A stretch of DNA of 64,000 nucleotides from Rebecca billardiae RCC1528 (lineage: Eukaryota; Protista; Haptophyta): NCBI GenBank assembly GCA_965240325.2, contig OZ251224.1, forward strand, positions 1,116,001 through 1,180,000, given 5' to 3'. Both the position numbers and the translations under genes were made by a program. Position 1 is the stretch's first letter, and the number at the start of each line of letters is the position of its first letter. This document shows positions 1 through 9,758 of this stretch, piece by piece. Below the pieces are notes generated by a model. The model was given only the letters and a program-made list of their open reading frames with translations, searched no databases and was not told the origin of the DNA.

Positions 1-292
1 CGATCGACTGCGCAGCGAGTCTGGCCACGCAGAGGCAGCGTCGTGAAAGGCGTCGCCATCGTCTTCATCCATGTCACCGTCACCGTCGCAAGAGCCGTGG
101 TGAGCGCCTATAGGAAGGCCGGCGACCCCAACCTGCGGCGCGACGCAAGCCCGGGGCCTGCCGTGTACAGACCAGTGGCCGGGCCCGCATCACAGAGCTG
201 CAGTGTTGGTCGGCTGGAGTTGAATACGATGCCTGGTCTTTCAGCCCATCTTCCAATCCCCAATCCCACTTGAGTTGCGACCATCGCCAGCC

Positions 293-1009
293 CAAGGGCC
301 GTAAGGGCACCCAACTCCCAGTGCGGAGGTTGGGGCGCCTCTGTTGTGCTCGCCGCCGTGAGTGCCCGCGGTGAGTGGCCCGTCGCCGAAGACGCGGGAG
401 GCGAGGGTGCGGGCATGACGGGGCGCCGCGGCGGGCGGCGCGCGGCGGGCGGCGCGCGGCGGGCGAGGCGGACAGTGCTGATGGCGAGGCGGAGGTGGAG
501 GCGGAGGTGGGGGCGAGCCGAGCGCAGCTCGGCTGAGGCCACCGGACGCGCGACGAGTCGAGCAGCCGACCGCCGGGAACGGAAGTGAGTCAGGCGGACA
601 TGGAGGCTGCCCGTAGGGGCCTACAAGCCAAAGTGCGGGCGGGCGCCCACGCTTGCCCCTGCGTGCCCGGTGCAAGCAGCCCGAGCGCTCCGTTTGCTGC
701 TGGCGCGCACGGCACGAGTGAGCTCGCGCGCCGCGTTGGCAACTGCCGATTGCACGGGCCGAGAGGCGAAAGAGGCGAGCCTGGCGGACTCACGCGCGTG
801 TCAGGAGAGCCTTGACCCGCGCCGCTCAGCGGCGAGCCGTCCGGGTTCGGCATCGCCGCCAGTCATCCAGGCAGAGCGCTCGACGTCGCGCCCTCGCGCA
901 GCGTTTGAAGCACGCCGGCCGGACGCGAGTCGCGAGGCCACGAGACAGACAGAGGCACCTCAACCTCCGAGCTGGCCGCACTGGGAGTTGGGTGCCCTTA
1001 CGGCCCTTG
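293..1009. mobile_element. Non-autonomous TIR DNA transposon, P-superfamily-like
   Basis: TIR CAAGGGCCGTAAGGGCACCCAACTCCCAGTGCGG at 293-343, inverted at 950-1009 with a 9-nt insertion. Perfect 7-bp TSD GCCAGCC at 286-292 and 1010-1016. CA-initiated ends with a 7-8 bp TSD are typical of P elements. Confidence 0.85.
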
Positions 1010-1435
1010 GCCAGCCGCCGTCTTCGCCATCAGCGTCGGCGGCTAGCTGCCTTGAACCTCACGGAGCCAGCGAGCCAGCGGCTCCCTCGCTTTGACGCGC
1101 TCTACTCGAGTCTCGACCCGAAGCCCTTCCGCTCGCAAGCGATCTCGTCCAGGCCTCGTGGAGGGTGGAGAAGGACACAAAAAAGGAGCGAAGATTGCTG
1201 AGATGCTAAGGAGATTGCGGCCAAGCCATCATGCCTTCCGGGACGACCATTGGCTCGTTTTCTTCCTGATTCCAGTCTTTCGCCTGATGGTATTGAGATA
1301 ATATGTCTCACTTTGGCGACCGCTCATTTTTCGATCCCCCCCCAACCGACCAATGGGAAGGCGGAGCCGCGACTCGCTCTGAAAATGCGTGAATTGTTTC
1401 GCGGTCTGGCGGACCGGCCCGTGGAAAAACGCAGC

Positions 1436-1925
1436 GGGCTAGTCCGGGCCAGTCCGGGCCATGGCCGCCGCGCTGCCGCCGCGCCAAGACCCCCCCCCAC
1501 CCGACCGCCCGACCCGACCCGACTGCCCGACTGCCAGTGCCACGCCGCGCCAAGACCCCCCCCCCCGACCCGACCGCCCGACCCGACCCGACTGCCCGAC
1601 TGCCACGCCAGTCCGGGGCTAGTCCGGGCCAGTCCGGGCCATGGCCGCCGCGCCGCCGCCGCGCCAACTGCCAAGACCCCCCCCCCACCCGACCGCCCGA
1701 CCCGACCCGACTGCCCGACTGCCAGTGCCGCGCCGCGCCAAGACCCCCCCCCACCCGACCGCCCGACCCGACCCGACTGCCCGACTGCCATGCCAGTCCG
1801 GGGCTGCCACGCCAGCCCGGGGCTAGTCCGGACCAGTCCGGGCCATGGCCGCCGCGCCGCGCCGCGCCAAGACCCCCCCCCCCCCCCACCCGACCGCCCG
1901 ACCCGACCCGACTGCCCGACTCGGG
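1436..1925 (+). repeat. Complex minisatellite, G4-forming on the minus strand
   Basis: Five copies of GCCAAGAC(C)n-ACCCGACCGCCCGACCCGACCCGACTGCCCGACT inside a ~180-200 bp higher-order unit starting GGGCTAGTCCGG (1436, 1616, 1820). Confidence 0.9.
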
Positions 1926-1954
1926 GCCACGCCCCGGCCGCCCGGCCGGGGCAC

Positions 1955-2490
1955 AACGCGCGCGCGCCGCGCTGGGTGGACAAATGGGGGCGTGGCGCGC
2001 GCGCGCGCGCCGTCGCGCGGCCGACGACCTCGGTCGCCAGCGCGCTCGCCGCGCGACCGCGGCGCGCGTGGCCGGGTGCGCACGCCGCGGGCGGCGCAGC
2101 GCGAGGACGGACGGGTCGCCGCGCCGCGCCGCGCGCGCGCCGCGCCGGGTGGACAAATGGGGGCGTGGCGCGCGCGCGCGCGCCGTCGCGCGGCTGACGA
2201 CCTTGGCCGCGCGCGCGGGCCCCCCGCGCACGCGCGCGCCGCGCCGGGTGGACAAATGGGGGCGCGGCGCGCGCGCGCGCGCCGTGCGGCCGACGACCTC
2301 GGTCGCCAGCGCGCTCGCCGCGCTACCGCGGCGCGCGTGGCCGGACGCGCACGCTGCAGGCGGCGCCGAGCGCGAGGAGACGGGTCGATGCGCCGCGCAC
2401 GAGCGGCCCGCCCGGCTGAGCCAACCGTGACTGCCCGCCGCGCCGTGCGCGCGCCTTGTCCGGGTGGACAAATGGGGGCGTGGGGGCGCC
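1955..2490 (+). repeat. Imperfect direct repeat array
   Basis: Four copies of GGGTGGACAAATGGGGGCG (~1974, 2146, 2246, 2462) with shared (GC)n-rich flanks. Confidence 0.85.
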
Positions 2491-2741
2491 GGCGCCGCAT
2501 CAGCGTGGGCACGTAAGCGTTCGACCGCTCAGCCGCGCAGCTTCCAACTCCGATATGTATAATTCTGAATATATAATAATGATGCTGACGTCGTCTGCCC
2601 GTCCGCACTGACCACTGTGTGCTGAGGATGCATTCTGACCGATATGCGACTGTTACAGTTATTGATTGCCGCGTCGTCGTCCTAACTCTAAACTCAGACT
2701 AACATTAACAAGTGGCGCGGCCGAGCAGCTAGCTGCAGCAG

Positions 2742-4526
2742 CTAAGTTCCGCCGAAGGCGTCGGAGCAGAGCGCCGCAAACGTCTGGCCAGGGGCGGGCA
2801 GCGCCGCGGCGGTGCCGCAGCCGGCCTCACGGGCGGGCTGCTGCGCGGGGCCGCAGCACCCGCGCGCGCACGCGCCGCTGGGCAGATGGCGGTACGGCAG
2901 CCCCCGGAGGCCAACGGCGCGCGCGCCGCCGCGCCGGCCGCCAGCAGCGGCGACGCACACAGGATCACCGCAGCACAGGTCCATGCCGTCGGCGTTGGCG
3001 ACGTAGTAGACGGTCCTGCTCGCATGCTCGCCGCGCTTGCGCTCGCACCACCTGCTCGTGGTCGAGCACGTCGCGATGCGGCCGTGCGGCGTGCTCCCTG
3101 CGTACACCCGCTGGACGCGCGGCCAGTGCCCGGCGGCGCCTGCGCCGGCCGCGTGCGCGACGAGCTGCGCGTTGAGCCACGCGACGAGCGCGCCGCGCCC
3201 CGCGGCGCGCGCGCAGAGCGGCGCCTGCGGGTGTGGCGGCGGGCACGGCGGCGCACGCCGCGCCGCCGCCGGCGCGCCGGGGCGGGCGCTGCCCGCCGCG
3301 GCGCTCGCGGCGAACTCGAAGCGCTCGGTGCGCAGCCGCGTCAGCGCGAGCCAACGCGCCGGCTCGCAGCGCTGCCGCAGGGCGTGCCCGGCCGGCAGCG
3401 CCGAGAGCCAGGCGCAGCGCACGACGCCCGAGCCGTCGGCAGCGACGACGGCGGCGGGCAGGTAGGGCGGGCCGCCGTCCGCCTTGGCCGTGAACGGCAA
3501 GCGCAAGCCGGAGCGGTAGATCGACCCATCGACCTCGGCCTTGGCAAAGAGGGCGCGCACAGGGCTCGCCTGCAGCCGCACGTCCAGCTCCCGCGCGACG
3601 CGCTGCGCCTCCGAAGAGCTCAGGACCGCACTGTCGCCCCAGGTGGCGTGCAGGCCCGCGCGGAACAGGCCGGCGTCGTCCGCGGCGACCCCGAGGCGCG
3701 AGGGCGTCGCCGCGCGCGCCGAGACGTGCACGGCGTGGCCGCGCGCGGGACGGGGCACGCTGTGGAACGCAGCGTCTGCCGCGTCGTAGAGGTCGACGAG
3801 CAGCGCGGCGAGGGCGTCGTACGAGGGCATGCGGGAGAAGCGCAGATCCACGTCGACGCCGAACCGCGCGCGCGCGCCGAACGTCTCGACGACCATGGGC
3901 GCGCGCGCGCCAAGCAGCGCGTACGACGACGCGACGAGCGCGTCCAGCCGCGGCAGAGAGGCGCTCGGCACGTGCAGCCGACCGCCCACCCTGTGGCCGT
4001 CGGCGTCGCGGAGGAACACAATCTCGTGGGTGCACGGCTCGTCGCCGCCGGCGCGCGCGCGATTTGCCCCGGCCGGTGGTAGCACGGGCGGTCGGGCGTG
4101 GCAGTCCGAGGCAGTCGGGCGGTCGGGTCGGGTCGGGCGGTCGGGTGGGGGGGTCTTGGCGCGGCGTGGCACTGGCAGTCGCCGTCGGGCAGTCGGGTCG
4201 GGTCGGGCGGTCAGGTGGCCCGCCAAGCACAGCGGCCGTGGTCGGGTGCCGCCCGCCAGCACGGCGGCCGTGGTCGGGTGGGCCCGACTGCACCGCTCAA
4301 CAGCTAGGGATGACGAGGAATCGGGCGTGTCACGTCGGCCAATCAGAGCGCGCGCGCGTGCGCGCCCAGTTACAGCTTCCCGCACTCTTCCTGGAAACTC
4401 CAGATTCCTGCAAAAATGGCAGGATAGACCAGCTCCTCCTGACTCCTGTGCATTGTTTTCACGAGTGACTTCATGAAGGAGCTCATGGTGCGCATGGATG
4501 CTGCCGCATAGCCCATCGCGGGCCAT
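2742..4526 (-). CDS. AEP-superfamily primase-polymerase (NCLDV/herpes-PrimPol clade) with C-terminal UL52-type zinc finger; true start uncertain
   Basis: Motif I FGVDVD (DxD at 3846-3854), motif II GLHATW (3639-3656), motif III VDGSIYRSGLRLPFTAK (3483-3533), Zn finger RWCERKRGEHAS...CCGDPVC (2955-3053), and an N-terminal GGRLHVP like NCLDV primases. The first ~160 codons run through repeats. Confidence 0.85.
   Translation of the reverse strand: MARDGLCGSIHAHHELLHEVTRENNAQESGGAGLSCHFCRNLEFPGRVREAVTGRARARALIGRRDTPDSSSSLAVERCSRAHPTTAAVLAGGTRPRPLCLAGHLTARPDPTARRRLPVPRRAKTPPPDRPTRPDRPTASDCHARPPVLPPAGANRARAGGDEPCTHEIVFLRDADGHRVGGRLHVPSASLPRLDALVASSYALLGARAPMVVETFGARARFGVDVDLRFSRMPSYDALAALLVDLYDAADAAFHSVPRPARGHAVHVSARAATPSRLGVAADDAGLFRAGLHATWGDSAVLSSSEAQRVARELDVRLQASPVRALFAKAEVDGSIYRSGLRLPFTAKADGGPPYLPAAVVAADGSGVVRCAWLSALPAGHALRQRCEPARWLALTRLRTERFEFAASAAAGSARPGAPAAARRAPPCPPPHPQAPLCARAAGRGALVAWLNAQLVAHAAGAGAAGHWPRVQRVYAGSTPHGRIATCSTTSRWCERKRGEHASRTVYYVANADGMDLCCGDPVCVAAAGGRRGGARAVGLRGLPYRHLPSGACARGCCGPAQQPAREAGCGTAAALPAPGQTFAALCSDAFGGT
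4088..4212 (-). repeat. Inverted copy of the 1436-1925 minisatellite unit
   Basis: GCAGTCGGGCGGTCGGGTCGGGTCGGGCGGTCGGGTGGGGGGGTCTTGGCGCGGCGTGGCACTGGCAGTC is essentially the reverse complement of the left-array unit. Confidence 0.9.
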
Positions 4527-5146
4527 CGCCCGCCCGGGGCGCCAAGTTTGAAGTTAAAACTATTATTAAAAGTACGCGACTCGACGTGCGTCGTAATCGT
4601 TATTCACTTATTCCTCAGATAAGAGGATGACGAGACCGCGACGTTTCGGTGAGCTGTTGCACCGCCACCGGGCCGGCCAGATACTAGATAGATAGGCGAG
4701 GTGAGCCGCGCGGACATACAAGTCCCTTGGTGCCGTTCAGCTCATTCAGCTCGTTCACGTTATTGGCCATTGGCCGATTGGGCGTTTCGGTTCAGCCGGA
4801 CTCACCTGACCCTGTCGATCACCGCGTGCGGCAAGCAGCCGACCGCGAATGGCCGCCATGCCGATGCGAGGCGGACGAGCTGCAGGGCGCGCGCAGCCTG
4901 AGCCCCGGGCAGTCCCGAACGAGACCGCACCCGAGGGTGCGGCCTTACCGCCGCATGCGGCGCTCGGCCGCAGCCATGAATGACTCCGCCTGCGCGGCGC
5001 CGCAGCAGCTTGCTCCTCGCGCCCTCGGCAGCGGCGCTGTGCAGGTCAGCGCGCGAGGCTGGTGAGATTGCGTTGAGAGGGGTGGGACCATCGCGCAGAG
5101 AGGCATCGGCGCCCCCCGGGCCGCCGCCCACTCCCCCGCGCGCGCA

Positions 5147-6329
5147 TCAGCGCACGCCGGCGACGTCGAGGGCCTCGAGCAGCGGCGTGTGGAACTCGGC
5201 CTCGAGCGGTGTGAGGGGCGGACGGATGCCCGGCCCCGCGCGCCCGAGCTGCTCGAGCGCCCACTTGACAGGGATGGGGTTGGACTGAATGAAGAGGCGG
5301 CGGTGCAGGAGCTCGAGCTGCGCGTTGAGCTCGCGCGCCCGCGCCGCGTCGCCCACGCGCGCGCAGGCCATCACCTCGTGCTGCTGCGCCGGCGCCACGT
5401 TGCTCGTGACTGAGATGGTGCCGTCGCCGCCCGCCAGCACAAAGTCGACGGCCGAGGCGTCGTCGCCGCTGTAGAGGAGGAAGTTGGGGCCGCACAGCTC
5501 GCGCAGCGGCGCCACGCGCATCACGTCGCCGGTGGCCTCCTGCCCGCGCGCCCGGCATCGCGCGGGGAGCCCCGGAGCGTGAGCGTCGCGGGCGGGGCGG
5601 CTTTGCGCGGGGCGGCTTTGCGCTGCTCGGCGCGCCGCGCGCCGGCGTCAGCACGCGGGGCTCGCGCGCGGCGCGTCGCACCTTCAGGCCGACGATGCGC
5701 GGGTGCGCGCTGAGCTGGCCGGCGGTGATGGGCGTCATGTCCACGCCCGACCGGCCGGGCACGTTGTACAGGATGATGGGCACGTCCGACTTGTCCGCCA
5801 CGCGCTCAAAGTGCTTGACCAGCCCCTTCTGCGTCGGCTTCACGTAGTACGGCGTCACGACCAGCACGCCGTCCGCACCAAACTCGGCCGCCTCGGCGTT
5901 CTGCTCGATCACTCGGTCGGGCGAGATGGTTCCGGTGCCGTAGATCACGGGGATCTTGCCGCTGGCCTCCTCCTGCGTGATGCGCATCACCTGCCGCTTC
6001 TCGTCGCGCGAGAGGACTGAGGCCTCGCCGGTCGTGCCGAGGACGACGAGGCCATCGCTCTGGCTCTCGATGTGCCATCGGATCATGGCGCGCAGCATCG
6101 CCTCGTCGACGCGGCCATCGCTGTCCATCGGCGTGACCATCGCCACCAGGCTCCCGCACGGCAGACCGTCGCCACGCTCGCTCAGGCTGATCGTGCAAGC
6201 GACGCTGCGCGTCGCTCGCCTCTTCGTCGCCAGCAGACGCGGCGACTCACGGGGGCCACTCTGCCAGCCAAGCGCACTTCCGGCCGCACACGCAAGTGCG
6301 AGCGCCACAGTCGTCCGGGCCGACCACAT
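5147..6329 (-). CDS. dapA: Dihydrodipicolinate synthase, probably plastid-targeted, 2 exons
   Basis: GTTGE, TPYY, YNVPGRS and IVGLK|EATGD motifs. Intron 5540-5681 (GT..AG). Signal-like N-terminus MWSARTTVALALACAAGSALG. Confidence 0.95.
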
Positions 6330-6531
6330 CGCCCCGCTGGACTTGCCTGCTGCCACCACCCCGGGGGATCGACCGTGGAGTCGTGCGTGGACCGCTGTTG
6401 AGCAGCCGCGCGCGCGGCGGCACACACGCCGTGCAGTTCTTGAGCGGCCTCCGGACTTGGCGACGTGGGCTACGGGGCTGTGGGCAAAAACCCCGGACAG
6501 CTTGCGATCGGTGCCAACCGCCGCGAGACAA

Positions 6532-7671
6532 ATGGCGACCACCTCCGCGGGGCTGCTCGGCAATGTGCGCACATTGCTCCGCGGGGCGCAGAGCAGCCCC
6601 GCAGGGTCGTCACCGCGTGCTGGCGTCGACGTGGGCAACCGGTCGCCGCCACAACTCTCGCCGGCGGAAAGAAGGCTGGACGCGAGCGCGACACGAGAGC
6701 CGGCACCTCCAGCCGCGCACGCCGCCGAGGTCACGCGTGTGCAGGCGCATGAGTGCCCGCGCGACACAGAGCAGATGCAAGCGCGGCTGCTGCAGGCGTG
6801 CCTGAGGCACATGCGCACGGCGCACGCGTCCCGCCACCTCCGCACCGTCTTCCTGGCCTGGCACGCCGCGTGCAAGCGACAGATCGCCGCGGTTGGCCCT
6901 GAGCAGCGAATACAGAAGCTCGAGGCGGAGGTCGCGCACTGGCGCAGATCAGTGGACGGTGCGCGAGAGGTGATCGACGAGCAGCAGCGCAAGATCGGCG
7001 AGCAGTCGCTCCGTATTGCCTCTCTCGAGAAGGATGTCGCCGCCCTCACCCACGGCGAGCGCGCCAGCGCGCTCGTGCGCGTCGTCGACGAGCAGACGCG
7101 CGCCATGAGCGACCTGCAGCTGCAGCTGGCGACGATGGCGCGCGCAGAGCTGGGCGCGCGCGAGGAGCACTCGCGCAAGCTCGCGCAGGTCTCGATGCAC
7201 CTTGCGGAGCAGGCGACGCGCCTCGCTGTCGCGGCCAAAGATCGCGACGTGCGCGAGCAGGCACTCGCGGCCGCGCGCGCAGCGTCGGCGAGCGCACTCT
7301 CGAGCGACGCGGATCAGACGTGCATCGATCTGGAGGAGATCGAAGTCCTCCTGCAGCGCACCCTCGCGGAGAAGGTGCAGGCGGAGGAGCAGCTGGTCGA
7401 GAGCAAGATGATGTCGGCGCAGCTGCTCGCCGAGCAGGCCGTGTTGCGCAAGGCCCTTCTCAAGGCGCAGCGCACCACGCACGAGGTCGCGCAGCATGCG
7501 GCGCGGTGCGAGGAGCGAAGGCTGCGCGGCATGCCGGGCAGCGCTGCGCTGTCCCCTGCCCGCGGGACTCGCTCGCCGCAGAGCGATCCCAGGCCGTGGG
7601 GAAGTAGGCACACCGCTGGCGATGGCCACGCTTCGAACTCGTCGCTGATGATGCTCCCGAGTAGTCCGTGA
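6532..7671 (+). CDS. Coiled-coil protein of unknown function
   Basis: Long ORF with E/Q/L/A heptads. ATG 6532 is in frame, ~200 bp from the divergent dapA start. Confidence 0.65.
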   Translation: MATTSAGLLGNVRTLLRGAQSSPAGSSPRAGVDVGNRSPPQLSPAERRLDASATREPAPPAAHAAEVTRVQAHECPRDTEQMQARLLQACLRHMRTAHASRHLRTVFLAWHAACKRQIAAVGPEQRIQKLEAEVAHWRRSVDGAREVIDEQQRKIGEQSLRIASLEKDVAALTHGERASALVRVVDEQTRAMSDLQLQLATMARAELGAREEHSRKLAQVSMHLAEQATRLAVAAKDRDVREQALAAARAASASALSSDADQTCIDLEEIEVLLQRTLAEKVQAEEQLVESKMMSAQLLAEQAVLRKALLKAQRTTHEVAQHAARCEERRLRGMPGSAALSPARGTRSPQSDPRPWGSRHTAGDGHASNSSLMMLPSSP

Positions 7672-7770
7672 GTTCCGATCAGAAAAATAGCTATCCCTAT
7701 CGAGTAACTATCGTCGTCACTATAATCGTCACTGTCACTGACTCACATCATCGATGTTTCTTACTATCGA

Positions 7771-7802
7771 ACGCCTTAACCAAGTGTGCACGTTAAAACA
7801 TA
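7771..7802 (+). repeat. Short remnant of the right end of the CAGTTTACTA TIR family
   Basis: ACGCCTTAACCAAGTGTGCACGTTAAAACATA is identical to the copies near 8950 and 18506. Confidence 0.8.
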
Positions 7803-8770
7803 TAGCGCTATATATATTTAACGACGTGGCAGCATCGGACAAGCGTCAGGCTCAGAGTGCAACAGACACATAGAATGCGTCCGCGCCTTCCGTCCAGGTC
7901 AGACAGTGCGCCACCCGCAGCCCTGCCCCCTACGGGAGCGGGGCCGGGATGGAGCACCGCCTCGGCCTGGGGCACGCGGCGGCGACGGCAGATGCCGCCG
8001 CGGCCGAGCGCCTTCCGAAGCACTTGGATGAGGGTGAGGTCGTAGTCGATGTCGCCGCCCGCCGACCTAGAGGCGAGCAGCTCCGGCAAGCGGCAGCCGC
8101 GGCTGTCGCCCCCGTGCCCGTGCGCTATATATATATAGTAAAATGTAGGCGCCTATATTCGTCATGCTCTACTGCTATGATATGTCGCGACCACCGCGCC
8201 ACCTCGGGCCTGGCAGACACCAACGAGTCATCCTCTGTGCGCGCGTTCGTCGGGGGCTCTCGAGGACTACGGGGGGGGGGGGGGGGGGGGGGGGCGAGGA
8301 GCGCTGATCACCACATCCTCACTCGAGGATACTGGTGATTGGCTGCGCCCGCGATGACACTGCGCCGCATCAATCTGAAACGATGCCCGCCGCGGCACCG
8401 AGTCCACACATGAACTCGGACGGATGCAAACGAGTGCTGAGCCAAATAACAGCGCAGAGCGTGCCATCATAATTTGGCATGGTAGTTTGGAACTCGACGT
8501 ATGTCAAACGCACGAACGTCTAGCAGTGATGGTCCACCATTCAGCGCGGGCGCTCCCGCGCTGGTAGTGGGCTAGTGGTAGTGGTACGTACCCATAATCT
8601 GAAATCGCCGCGTCGAGCGCGATCATCGCCGCCTCGTCACTCAAATGACGCGTTGCTGATGTCATGAGTCCATGGAATCCGTTGCATCCTCCTGACCTAC
8701 TGCCGGGGCCTGCTTTGATTCGACGTGAGCCCCACAGAGCCCCACGGCGACATCCGGCAAAACGCGGCAC

Positions 8771-8988
8771 AAGGTGCAGCACCCTCCCCGTGTGGTGTCA
8801 GAGCGCGCTCTCGAGCGCGTGCCTCCGAGCGCGGGGCGGCCGCTTGCTGCAATGGCCGCCTCGATGAGGTGCGGCAACGCGCCCCTCACCTGCCTGCGCC
8901 GGTCTGTTTTGTGGCGGTGTCTTTGTGCAGTGTTGGATGGCGTCAATCACGCCTTAACCAAGTGTGCACGTTAAAACATAGTAAACTG
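8771..8988 (+). mobile_element. Right end of a TA-flanked TIR family (CAGTTTACTA ends)
   Basis: ~220 bp shared with 62264-62488, and its 3' part with 18435-18545. Ends TAGTAAACTG|TA, the reverse complement of the left end TA|CAGTTTACTA at 18800. Confidence 0.75.
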
Positions 8989-9758
8989 TAATGAAACGGC
9001 GGATTGCCCGCTGGGCCTGGTGCGGGTGCCGGCGTAGTGCAGAGTAGTGGCGGCCCCGCGGCACGTCGTTGGCGCGTGCTGAACCGCAGAACCGCAGCAG
9101 CAACAGGCCCGCTGCAAGCTGCAAGGACCCTGCCCTGCCTTGGCTGCGTCGCGCCAGTGCCATGTGGCGACCCAGGCCAGTTGATAGAAAGATGCGAATG
9201 ATAGGCTGCAATCGCGGAAATCAGCCCTACACGCTCCGCCGCCACCACCTTGCTGTGTCGAGCGCTTGAGATGCTTCAGGTAAATCAGGTTGCGTGCGCT
9301 CGCATGCAGCCTGCAGCCTGCATTTGAACGAGAACGTGATCGCACAGACAGGTTAGTTGGGCGGATCGTCAGGCATCCTCGGCGTAGACTTCGACACGAT
9401 GCGTGCCACGCGCACCCATGCCACGCGGAAAGGCGTGCGCACGCGTCCTCGCGCATCTGGCACTCCAGCAGGCTGCAGTCTTGCCCAAGATGTGAGAACA
9501 AGCCTGCCAGGGACCTCGCCGCGCGAGCGCGAGCGCGAGCGCGCGGAGGGTTCGTGGACATGGGAGACGACCCCTGGTGCCTTGTTGGGGAGCACAACTC
9601 CTCCCTCCTCACGGCTGCGAGCAGCGACACCGGAGCTAGATCGCCGTATTCAGCACTCCTCGCTGAGTGCAGCGTGACCCTCGGAGGCGTGCGTCTCGGC
9701 TTCCGCGGAGCCTTTTGCGCCGGACCCCAACGGGGCGTGATGAACACCGATCCACGGC

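Noticed and set aside
1955-2490. CRISPR-like array
   Set aside because: The inter-repeat segments are themselves related and uneven, the context is eukaryotic, and there are no cas genes.
1250-2608. Several 200-390 aa ORFs
   Set aside because: Translations of minisatellites with R/P/A-rich repeats.
5046-7238. 730-aa ORF as a long dapA fusion
   Set aside because: The upstream part is antisense to the coiled-coil gene and the tail is intron read-through. The real gene is 5147-6329.
8771-8990. 5'-truncated LINE/SINE 3' end
   Set aside because: No poly-A or tandem tail. The terminus is the reverse complement of a left end at 18800, so a TIR fits better.
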